In this document: piece after piece, positions 1 through 8,208 of the stretch
Numbering within the stretch: the stretch's first letter is position 1
How the letters are laid out: each line of letters opens with the position of its first letter
Origin: an uncultured bacterium
GTDB taxonomy: Bacteria > JAGRBM01 > JAHCIT01
Direction of reading: 5' to 3'
DNA length: 25,470 bases
Assembly: GCA_964606035.1 (NCBI GenBank)
Contig: CAZSFB010000002.1
Coordinates: forward strand, 1 to 25,470
Program-made: the position numbers and the translations under genes
The notes under the pieces: generated by a model
Told to the model about the DNA's origin: nothing
Seen by the model: only the letters and a program-made list of their open reading frames with translations
Database searches by the model: none

Positions 1-1
1 C

Positions 2-439
2 GTGCTCAAATGTTCCCATGGCTATCTCAAGCGGGCAGTGCTGTTCGTCGTCAAGCGTGACATTGCATTCGGCTGGGCGGGATATGGCGACAGGATATCG
101 CCCGAAACAGTCAGGGGGCTGATGCTCCCGCTATCGCAGCCCTCCATTTTCCAGCTGGTCTGGAAAAGCCACGGCCACTACCTGGGAACGGTTGCCAGTT
201 CTCCGATTAACAACCGGTTTTTCAGCGCCCTAGGTGACGTTCACCCTCTGACAGTGATTGTCCTCCCGATACTCTATAACAACAGCCTGATCGCCCTGCT
301 TTATGGCGACAACGGCGAAGGCAAGGGCGTGAGCCCCTCCCGGGCAGGAGACATGCAGATGCTCACAACGCAGGTCGCCGGTGGTTTCGAGATTCTCCTG
401 AAAAACCTGCGGGAAACCCGCTCAACTGCCTCTTCATGA
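2..439 (+). CDS. C-terminal part of a protein with a GAF-like domain (5'-truncated by the window edge)
   Basis: Open frame from the window start to TGA at 437-439. The pattern 'RAVLFVVKRD...VIVLPILYNNSLIALLYGDN' resembles GAF beta-strands seen at the C-terminus of deltaproteobacterial signalling proteins. The true start lies outside the window. Confidence 0.5.
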   Translation: MLKCSHGYLKRAVLFVVKRDIAFGWAGYGDRISPETVRGLMLPLSQPSIFQLVWKSHGHYLGTVASSPINNRFFSALGDVHPLTVIVLPILYNNSLIALLYGDNGEGKGVSPSRAGDMQMLTTQVAGGFEILLKNLRETRSTASS

Positions 440-460
440 CAATCGTGCGGGTAACAGTCC

Positions 461-1810
461 ATGCCCCGTGATTACCAGGAAACCCCGGTAATTTCTGTTG
501 CCGACTTCGTGCGGCAGGTGAACGACATCCTTCATTCCGGCCTGCCGAGCGCATGGGTGGAGGGTGAGATATCCAGTTGGAAGGTCTGGCCAAGCGGCCA
601 TGCCTACTTCACCCTCAAGGACCGTGACGCAATCCTTGAATGTGTCATGTTCGCCCCCGGTCCCAGGTATCTCAGGTTCCAACCACGGACCGGACTCGCG
701 GTGCTTGTGCATGGCCGCCCCGATATCTATGCCCCGCGGGGCCAGTTCAAGCTCGTCACCGACCGAATGCTCCCACAGGGTGAGGGACTGCTACAACTTC
801 AGTTCCAACAGCTCGTGGAAAGCCTCAAGGCCGAAGGTCTTTTCGATGACCGGTGGAAACGCCCGGTGCCCGCCGTCCCGGAGAGGATCGGGGTCGTCAC
901 TTCGGTGCGTGGAGCTGCCATTCGCGATTTTTTCAGAACCCTGTTCGGACGGTGGCCTGCGGCAACTGTCGTGATCGCGGACACCCCCGTTCAAGGACAG
1001 GGAGCGGCCAGACGTATCACCGATGCGGTCGTGTCACTCGCCACCCACGGCGACGTGGATGTGATTGCGCTTGTCCGCGGCGGAGGCTCGATCGAGGATC
1101 TCTGGGCATTTAATGACGAGCATCTTGCCCGTGCAATCAGATCCTCTCCCGTCCCTATCGTCACAGGCATCGGGCATGAAACCGACACCACGGTCGCCGA
1201 CTTGGCGGCGGATCTACGGGCGTCAACTCCAACGCAGGCTGCCGTCATCCTGTCCCGGAGCATCGCGGATGTGTTTGACGGAATCCACAAGTGCCGACAG
1301 GCGCTGAGTGGCTCAATGGGGGCGAGAATCCGCGACTCAAGGCTCCGCATCATCTCGGCCCAGCGTGAACTCGGTGACCCCCGCCATCTCATTGGCTCCC
1401 GGAAGGAAAAACTGGCTGCGCTCCGGAAACGTATGGAACTGGGCCTGAACGGACGTATGGCACATGCCTCACGCCAGCTAAGCCTGACCAGAACCCGGCT
1501 CGAGCAGGCTGAACCGGCCCAGCGGATTTCCAGGCAAAACCGAAAGGTGGAACTGATCCGGGAACAGCTCACCCGCCGGACACTGGAGATTCTGGCCGAT
1601 CGCCGCAACCGTTTCGTTGAGCTTCCGGCCCGTCTGGATGCGATGAGCCCCCTGAAAGTACTGTCAAGAGGGTATTCGGTCCTGACGACCGCCAGAGGGA
1701 ATGCCGTCCGGGAAGCCGAAGGCGTATCGCCCGGCGAAACCCTCACCGCCAGACTTCACCGGGGGCAGTTAACCGTGATAGTGAAGGACCGAAAGCCTGA
1801 GAGATCCTGA
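461..1810 (+). CDS. xseA: Exodeoxyribonuclease VII large subunit
   Basis: N-terminal OB-fold 'WVEGEISS..PSGHAYFTLKD', then 'RGGGSIEDLWAFN', 'GIGHETD', 'ASTPTQAA' and C-terminal 'SPLKVLSRGYS'. 449 aa. Confidence 0.97.
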   Translation: MPRDYQETPVISVADFVRQVNDILHSGLPSAWVEGEISSWKVWPSGHAYFTLKDRDAILECVMFAPGPRYLRFQPRTGLAVLVHGRPDIYAPRGQFKLVTDRMLPQGEGLLQLQFQQLVESLKAEGLFDDRWKRPVPAVPERIGVVTSVRGAAIRDFFRTLFGRWPAATVVIADTPVQGQGAARRITDAVVSLATHGDVDVIALVRGGGSIEDLWAFNDEHLARAIRSSPVPIVTGIGHETDTTVADLAADLRASTPTQAAVILSRSIADVFDGIHKCRQALSGSMGARIRDSRLRIISAQRELGDPRHLIGSRKEKLAALRKRMELGLNGRMAHASRQLSLTRTRLEQAEPAQRISRQNRKVELIREQLTRRTLEILADRRNRFVELPARLDAMSPLKVLSRGYSVLTTARGNAVREAEGVSPGETLTARLHRGQLTVIVKDRKPERS

Positions 1811-1825
1811 AGGCCTGATGCATCT

Positions 1826-2776
1826 GTGAAAATCGCCAACGCAAAAAAGATCGGTTCCCGGTTTTTCGAACGCTCAGTGCTGGCTATCGGAAACTTCGAT
1901 GGCGTCCACCGCGGACACCATGCCATCCTGAACGAAGCGGTGAGGCTATCCAGGGAGCTTGGGGCCCCGTCGATCATTTACACTTTCCAGCCCCACCCGC
2001 GGAAAGTCCTTTTCGGGCCCGACTCAACACGCCTGCTTACCGATTTTGGTACCAAAGCCCGGCTTCTGTCCCGGTTCGATATTGACTGGCTTGTATGGGA
2101 TGAATTCACCCGGGATTTTTCGGAGCAGACCGCCGAACAGTTCGTGGAGCGCAGGCTCGTCGGAGTATTCCACGTTAACCATGTGCTGCTCGGGTATGAC
2201 AGCCATTTCGGGAAAGACCGCTCCGGCGGTGCCTCTGAACTCGTCGATCTGGGACGCAGGTTCAACTTCACGGTCGATCAGCTGGGTCCGGTCCACATGG
2301 GAGAAAGGCCAATCAGCTCGAGCTGGATCCGAGAGCGGATTGAGGCCGGCGATCTGGCTGCCGCCAACGATCTTCTCGGCTATCACTTTTTCCTGAACGG
2401 GATCGTCTGGCAGGGTCAGAAACGGGGCAGGACCATCGGCTTCCCGACGGCGAACCTGCTCACGCAGGCGGAGATCCTCCCCGCCATTGGGGTTTATGCC
2501 ACGAGGACCCGGCTGGATGGGACCGTCTACGACAGCGTGACCAATGTCGGCATCAATCCGACTGTCAACCCGAATGCCGGCGGTGTCAGCGTCGAAACCC
2601 ACATCTTTGGCTTGGATGACGACATCTATGGGCGCCGGATCGACGTGATTTTCTATAAAAGAATCCGCGACGAGCAGAAATTTTCCGGGCTGGATGAACT
2701 GAAATCGCAAATCGCGCGCGACGTCAGCCGGTCAAAGGAACTCCTGTCGGGGCACCTTCCGCCGGAGGAATTCTGA
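1826..2776 (+). CDS. ribF: Bifunctional riboflavin kinase/FAD synthetase
   Basis: 'GNFDGVHRGH' adenylyltransferase motif, 'GRTIGFPTAN' kinase motif and 'ETHIF'. GTG start, 316 aa. Confidence 0.97.
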   Translation: MKIANAKKIGSRFFERSVLAIGNFDGVHRGHHAILNEAVRLSRELGAPSIIYTFQPHPRKVLFGPDSTRLLTDFGTKARLLSRFDIDWLVWDEFTRDFSEQTAEQFVERRLVGVFHVNHVLLGYDSHFGKDRSGGASELVDLGRRFNFTVDQLGPVHMGERPISSSWIRERIEAGDLAAANDLLGYHFFLNGIVWQGQKRGRTIGFPTANLLTQAEILPAIGVYATRTRLDGTVYDSVTNVGINPTVNPNAGGVSVETHIFGLDDDIYGRRIDVIFYKRIRDEQKFSGLDELKSQIARDVSRSKELLSGHLPPEEF

Positions 2777-2777
2777 A

Positions 2778-3656
2778 ATGGTGAAGCCGAATCTGGCCGT
2801 TCTCGGCCACCCGGTGGCCCATTCGCTCAGTCCAGCCATGCACAATGCAGCGATCGAGTCTCTGGGGCTGTCCAGTCAATACCACTACATCGCCATGGAT
2901 GTCCGGCCGGGGGATCTCGCCACTACACTCGACAGTCTCCGCAACAGTGGCTTTGTCGGCGTCAACCTGACCGTACCCCATAAGGAAGCTGGCTACAGGT
3001 GGGCGATGGAAACCTTTGGCCCGAACGGAGTTTCTGTTACCGCCCGGCTGTGCAAGGCCGTCAACACGCTGGTCTTCAGCGGCGACAGACCCCTTGTTCC
3101 GTGGGCTGACAACACTGACGGAACAGGTTTGTTCAACTATCTGCGCATCGAACAAAAGGCGGATGTTGCCGGAAAATCGGTAATGGTCATTGGCGCAGGT
3201 GGTACGGCGAGATCAATCATTGCCGTTGCCTGCGAAAAAGCCCGCCACATCCATGTTGCCAACCGTACTCCGGACAAGGCGTATTCACTCGAAAGTGAAT
3301 TCAAAGGTGGCGGCGCAACCATCACGTCATCGGGACTCGACCCGCAAGCCCTTGCCTCGCATGTCACGGAAGCGGACCTGATCGTCAACACAACCAGTGC
3401 GGGGCTTCAGGATACCGCCATTCCAGATTTCCCCTGGAACTGGGTGAAGCGGAACTGCCTGGTTGTGGACGTCATGTATGGTAAGGAAACGCCATTCCTC
3501 CGGGAAGCCCGCCACCATGGCTTGAAAGCTGTGGATGGCCTTGGAATGCTCGTATACCAAGGAGCCTTGGCATTCCCCCACTGGACCGGGCAGAAGCCCG
3601 ATACATCCGTCATGTTCCGGGCGGCGTTCACGGTACTGGAGGTGCGCAAGCTGTGA
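2778..3656 (+). CDS. aroE: Shikimate dehydrogenase
   Basis: 'HSLSP', 'NLTVPHKE', 'AVNT', 'NTDG', 'GAGG', 'NRT', 'DGLGMLVYQG'. Starts 1 nt after the ribF stop. Confidence 0.96.
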   Translation: MVKPNLAVLGHPVAHSLSPAMHNAAIESLGLSSQYHYIAMDVRPGDLATTLDSLRNSGFVGVNLTVPHKEAGYRWAMETFGPNGVSVTARLCKAVNTLVFSGDRPLVPWADNTDGTGLFNYLRIEQKADVAGKSVMVIGAGGTARSIIAVACEKARHIHVANRTPDKAYSLESEFKGGGATITSSGLDPQALASHVTEADLIVNTTSAGLQDTAIPDFPWNWVKRNCLVVDVMYGKETPFLREARHHGLKAVDGLGMLVYQGALAFPHWTGQKPDTSVMFRAAFTVLEVRKL

Positions 3657-3674
3657 CGCCAGAGGAACGATCTG

Positions 3675-3703
3675 TTGACCAGTTCCCACCAGGCTCATAG
3701 GGT
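3675..3703 (+). promoter_or_regulatory. Candidate sigma70-type promoter for the MMPL gene
   Basis: TTGACC (3675-3680), 17-nt spacer, TAGGGT (3698-3703; TA---T conserved) in the 80-nt gap before the ATG at 3737. An alternative -10, TAGAAT, lies at 3711-3716. Pattern match only. Confidence 0.3.
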
Positions 3704-3736
3704 GCCCCGGTAGAATCGAGAAAGCGTTTTCCGTAA

Positions 3737-6217
3737 ATGTCCGAAAGCCCGATTCAAAGTATATCCCGGAACTGGACTGCCCTGGTTCACCGGCATCCGG
3801 GAAAGATTTTTCTGCTGGTCCTGGGAGTGACCCTCTTAGCCGGATGGTACGCATCCGGGCTCAGGCTCAGGTCCGACTTTAAGGAATTGCTACCCCAGAC
3901 CTCGCAAGCCGTGAGGGACTATGACCGCTATCGCAACCGCATCGGCGGCACCGGCAGCTTCGTCATCGTCGTCGAGAACCAGAACTACGAAAAGGCCCGC
4001 GAATATGTGGATGCGGTCGTGTCGGCCCTTGAAGAGAAGGTTCCGCCTGGAATCATCCGCTATGTCGACTACCGGGTCACAGCCCAGAGGCAGTTTTTCG
4101 AGAAAAACAAATACCTCTTTGTCAGCGTGGAAGACCTCATCCATATCCACGACCGCCTGCAGACCAAGATCGAGTGGGAGATCAAGTGCAACAACCCGGC
4201 CTACTTCGACCTTGAAGGTGAATGCGAGACCGATCCAAAGTTTGACCTTTCAGACATAGAAAAGCGGTATTCCGGCCAGGGAAAGCGATACACCCACTAC
4301 CGGGATGACTATTACACCTCCGAGGAAGGCGACCTGATAGCGGTCCTCGTGAAACCCGCCGCCGACGGTGCCAAACTCACGGAAGTCGCCAGATTCCTGA
4401 AAGTCGTCGACCCAGTCATCCGGTCGGTCAATCCAGCCTCGTTCGACCCGTCAATCCACGTCCAGTACACGGGCGCGTTTATTGGTCCGTACGAAGAGTA
4501 TAAGGTGATGCGGAGGGACGTGGCCTCAACTGCCGTCATCTGTGTCGTCCTCGTCCTTGCCTCGCTCGTCATCTACTACCGGCGTTTCCGGACCATCTAT
4601 TTCATTTTTCTCGGGACGATTTTCGGACTAGTCTGGATGTTTGCCTTCACAATGTGGTTGTACGGATTCCTGAACTCCGTTACGGCATTCCTCGGCACCA
4701 TTGTGCTGGGCAACGGGATCAACAACGCCATCGTATACGTGGCCAGGTACCTTGAAGAGCGGCGCAAGGGGAATCCGCTAGAGGACGCCCTGCGCACCTC
4801 CATGGAAACAACCGTCCGGGCGACGTTTGTGGCTGCATTCACCACAGCCGCCTCCTACGCGACCCTGTTCATGTCTGATATGCAGGGTCACAAGCAGTTC
4901 GGAGTGATCGGCTCCTTCGGCATGGCGGCCTGCTGGCTGGCCACCTATCTGGCCCTGCCACCCCTCATCTGCCTGATCGAGCGCGTCAAGCCGATCGACG
5001 CTGCCGAGTTCAGGGAAAGCCGGATAAAAGTCGGTGACTGGATCTATTCGGCCATCCGGAAGAAACCCGGAGCATGGATTGCCGGAGGTACGGTGCTGAC
5101 CATCACCGGCGCGGTATGCCTTGCCCTTTTTCTCAGAAATCCATGGGAAGAGGATTTCACGAAGATCCGTTCGGCCGCTTCCCTCAAGACCGGTCATCAG
5201 CATGCCAACCGGCTGATCATGGAAAAGATCTTTGATCTGTCACTGACCCCTGCAGTGATCCTCTTGGACGATCCCACCGACGCCGGCGCGGTCGCCGAAG
5301 AACTCGAACGCCGGCAATCGCTGCCCGGATCAATCATCGATACGGTCAAATACGCCGGCAACATCCTGCCGGATCAGCAGGAGGAAAAGCTTGAAATATT
5401 GGGGCGGATCCGGAATCTGCTCGAAGGGCAGGCCCTCAGGTTCCTTTCAGCGGAGCAGCGGAAAGAGGTCCAGCGGATCAGGGAATCCATCGAGCTGACC
5501 CCTATTGGACTTGAGGACATTCCCGAGGAAGTCGTCCGGAATTTCCGTGAAAAGGACGGCAGCCTGGACAAGGTGATGTATGTTTTCCCGGATAACCGCC
5601 GGGAACTGTCACAGAAAGCCAACCTTCAGGCGTTTGTGGAAGCCACCCGTGAGATTCAGCTTCCTGATGGCCGCACGATTACTTCAGCCAGCGAGCAGAC
5701 GCTGATTCTCGATACCATCAACCTGACGATCGCGACCGCGCCACGTGTCATACTATTTGCCTGGGTGGCCGTCCTGCTTCTGGTCTGGATCTCATTCCCT
5801 TCACTCAGGGCCACATTCACCCTCATGCTCACGCTGACCGCGTCGCTATTGATGGTTTTCATGGGGTTCTATGGGCTTGACCAGAAACTGACCTTCTTCA
5901 ACTTCATCGCCCTGCCGCTCACCATCGGAATCGGCATCGACTACGGATCGAACATATACAGCCGCTACCAGCTTGACGGCGAAGGTTCTATTCGGTCCGT
6001 GCTTCGGACGACCGGCGGTGCAGTCATCCTCTGCTCGGTGACAACCCTGATCGGCTATCTGTCCCTCCTGGTCGCCAATAACCTGATGCTTGTCTACTTC
6101 GGCTGGCTCTGCCTGATTGGCGAAGTAACAACGGTTTTTACCGCTATCGTCTTTTTGCCAGCTTTCCTACTCTGGAGGGAAAGAAAACTGACTGGAATCA
6201 GCCCTTCTGGCGGCTGA
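3737..6217 (+). CDS. MMPL/RND-family lipid transporter (two MMPL repeats)
   Basis: 826 aa. One N-terminal TM, a large loop, 5 TMs, then the architecture repeats. 'GIGIDYG' RND/MMPL motif in the second half and 'GNGINNA' in the first. Confidence 0.9.
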   Translation: MSESPIQSISRNWTALVHRHPGKIFLLVLGVTLLAGWYASGLRLRSDFKELLPQTSQAVRDYDRYRNRIGGTGSFVIVVENQNYEKAREYVDAVVSALEEKVPPGIIRYVDYRVTAQRQFFEKNKYLFVSVEDLIHIHDRLQTKIEWEIKCNNPAYFDLEGECETDPKFDLSDIEKRYSGQGKRYTHYRDDYYTSEEGDLIAVLVKPAADGAKLTEVARFLKVVDPVIRSVNPASFDPSIHVQYTGAFIGPYEEYKVMRRDVASTAVICVVLVLASLVIYYRRFRTIYFIFLGTIFGLVWMFAFTMWLYGFLNSVTAFLGTIVLGNGINNAIVYVARYLEERRKGNPLEDALRTSMETTVRATFVAAFTTAASYATLFMSDMQGHKQFGVIGSFGMAACWLATYLALPPLICLIERVKPIDAAEFRESRIKVGDWIYSAIRKKPGAWIAGGTVLTITGAVCLALFLRNPWEEDFTKIRSAASLKTGHQHANRLIMEKIFDLSLTPAVILLDDPTDAGAVAEELERRQSLPGSIIDTVKYAGNILPDQQEEKLEILGRIRNLLEGQALRFLSAEQRKEVQRIRESIELTPIGLEDIPEEVVRNFREKDGSLDKVMYVFPDNRRELSQKANLQAFVEATREIQLPDGRTITSASEQTLILDTINLTIATAPRVILFAWVAVLLLVWISFPSLRATFTLMLTLTASLLMVFMGFYGLDQKLTFFNFIALPLTIGIGIDYGSNIYSRYQLDGEGSIRSVLRTTGGAVILCSVTTLIGYLSLLVANNLMLVYFGWLCLIGEVTTVFTAIVFLPAFLLWRERKLTGISPSGG

Positions 6218-6313
6218 TTCATGCTAGATACGGCCGGACTGGAAACTCGCCTCCCGGCCGGATATGCCTAGACACCGCCGCGTCAGGCGGCTTGAACGAA
6301 CGAGGTATTTCAG

Positions 6314-8155
6314 ATGGAACTTCAACGCGCTGTATTTGGCCTGTGGAATGGTGGACATTTTCTCCACTTTGGCGAGGATATCGGCGCCCAGCGTCTGAAG
6401 GACCTGATCCGCCGGTCGTATGACCTTGGTATCCGCACGTTCGTCACGGCCGATGTGTACGGCGAGGGCGAAGCCGACACGATTGCCGGGGAAGTGCTGA
6501 GTGCCTATCCGCGCGACAGTTATTGCCTCGTGGGCGGGATCGGCCACGATTTTGTCAAGGGTGTCCGGCAAGGAGAGAAGGGATACCCCCGCTTCACCGA
6601 TCCTGCGCTCCGCACGGCTTCGGAGTTCAGGGACTATATACAGAGCGCCGTGGACAGCTCTCTTAAACGGTGCCGGACAGACCACTTCGACCTGCTGTTC
6701 CTGCACAACCCGGATCACACCGGTTACACCAGCCCCGCCATCTGGGATTCGCTCGCTGCGGTCAAGGCTTCAGGCAAAGCCCGGATGCTCGGCCTCGCCC
6801 CCGGCCCTGCCAATGGTTTCACCCTCGATATCATCAACTGCTTTGAGAAATACGGCGACAGGATTGACTGGGCCATGATCATCCTGAATCCACTGGAGCC
6901 CTGGCCGGGGAGTTATTGCTTCAAGGCCGCCAAGCAGCACAACATCAAGGTCCTGACCCGCGTGGTGGACTATGGCGGATTGTTCCACGGCTATATCCGG
7001 CCGGGACACCGGTTCTCCCGGTCCGATCATCGGGCCTTCCGCCCTGCCGGCTGGGTGGAAGAAGGGCTGAAGAAAGTCGACCTGATGCGGCCGATTGCGG
7101 AGCGCCACAACCTTTCCCTGCTCCAGTTTGCTTGCCAGTGGACTCTCGGCCATGAGCCGGTGGAGGCCTGTGTACCGACCTTGCTCCAGGAGGCCGGTCC
7201 TGATGCACGGCCTATCGAGAGCCAGCTTGAGGACCTTTCCAAGCTGCCTGAAAAGAAGCTTCTTTCCCCGGAAGAAGTCCGCGAAGTCACCGCCATCGGG
7301 GACAACAAGGGCTGCATGTCCCTGAAGGGAGGCTCCCGGCAGTACAACGGACCGCCGCAGGCCGATCAGTGGGCGATGACCCCTGAGCTTGAGGCTGTTG
7401 CCAAACGATGGGGATTCGAGCCGGACCGGGATTTCTACTTCGCACACGACCCCCGAGACATGCGCGAACGGGGCATGCCAGCCCGAGGCATCCCACAACT
7501 CATGGACCGCCGTCTCTATGTGCAGCTCCAGTGCTTTACCGGAGCCAACGGCACCGGACCGCTGGCGGAGGCACTCAAGAAAAGTGGTCTTGAGTCCGTC
7601 CTGTACATCAGTGCGAATGACCCTCACGGTGTCGGTGTAATTATTATCAGCGAGGACGAAAATACGTTCGTCACCCAGTCACGCGATCTGTTCAACAGCG
7701 AGCCGTTCTCGAAACTCACTCTCCTCCGCGAGTATACCATGTTCGGCCGCACCTACGGTTCTGGCCGGGAAGCCGATCTCGAGGATTGGCTGCTCCGCCA
7801 TGCACGGCGGAACGCCATGAACGAGGAAAGCCCCTGGGCAATCTGGTATCCGCTCCGCCGCAAGGGTGCATTCTACAAGCTTCCGGAAAGCGAGCAGGGA
7901 AAAATCCTGTTTGAACACGGGGTGATCGGTCGCAACTACGGAGCGGCCGGCCTTGCAAACGATATCCGGCTTGAAAGTTTCGGGATTGATTCCGATGACA
8001 ATGAGTTCGTCATCGGTCTGGTTGGTCCCAGACTCCAGCCGCTCTCGAGGCTGATCAAGGACATGCGATCAACAACCCAGACAGCGGAATACATGGATAA
8101 ACTGGGACCGTTCTTTGTTGGCAAAAAAGTCTGGCAGTCAGGTTACAGGGGCTAA
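6314..8155 (+). CDS. Aldo/keto-reductase-fold domain fused to a chlorite dismutase/coproheme decarboxylase (Cld/ChdC)-fold domain
   Basis: aa 1-~375 are AKR-like ('GIRTFVTADVYG', 'SLKRCRTDHFDLLFLHNPD', 'KARMLG', 'LLQFACQWTL'). aa ~383-613 are Cld/ChdC-like ('WYPLRRKGAFYKLPESEQGKILFEHGVIGR', 'FGIDSDDNEFVIGL'). No stop between the domains. Confidence 0.82.
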   Translation: MELQRAVFGLWNGGHFLHFGEDIGAQRLKDLIRRSYDLGIRTFVTADVYGEGEADTIAGEVLSAYPRDSYCLVGGIGHDFVKGVRQGEKGYPRFTDPALRTASEFRDYIQSAVDSSLKRCRTDHFDLLFLHNPDHTGYTSPAIWDSLAAVKASGKARMLGLAPGPANGFTLDIINCFEKYGDRIDWAMIILNPLEPWPGSYCFKAAKQHNIKVLTRVVDYGGLFHGYIRPGHRFSRSDHRAFRPAGWVEEGLKKVDLMRPIAERHNLSLLQFACQWTLGHEPVEACVPTLLQEAGPDARPIESQLEDLSKLPEKKLLSPEEVREVTAIGDNKGCMSLKGGSRQYNGPPQADQWAMTPELEAVAKRWGFEPDRDFYFAHDPRDMRERGMPARGIPQLMDRRLYVQLQCFTGANGTGPLAEALKKSGLESVLYISANDPHGVGVIIISEDENTFVTQSRDLFNSEPFSKLTLLREYTMFGRTYGSGREADLEDWLLRHARRNAMNEESPWAIWYPLRRKGAFYKLPESEQGKILFEHGVIGRNYGAAGLANDIRLESFGIDSDDNEFVIGLVGPRLQPLSRLIKDMRSTTQTAEYMDKLGPFFVGKKVWQSGYRG

Positions 8156-8208
8156 ATTGCGCCTGATGTATTCCATGTAGGGCGTAAACATCCTAAACTC
8201 GGCCCGTC

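Noticed and set aside
461-1810. xseA without an adjacent xseB
   Set aside because: xseA and xseB are unlinked in many bacteria, so this is not informative.
6234-6293. Short inverted repeats (CGGCCGG/CCGGCCG; CCGCC/GGCGG) between the MMPL and AKR genes
   Set aside because: Stems of 5-7 bp with no U-tract are within chance expectation at this GC content.
6314-8155. Calling the C-terminal domain a true chlorite dismutase (perchlorate respiration)
   Set aside because: The distal Arg is not evident by manual alignment, there is no signal peptide, and there are no pcr/clr genes in the window.
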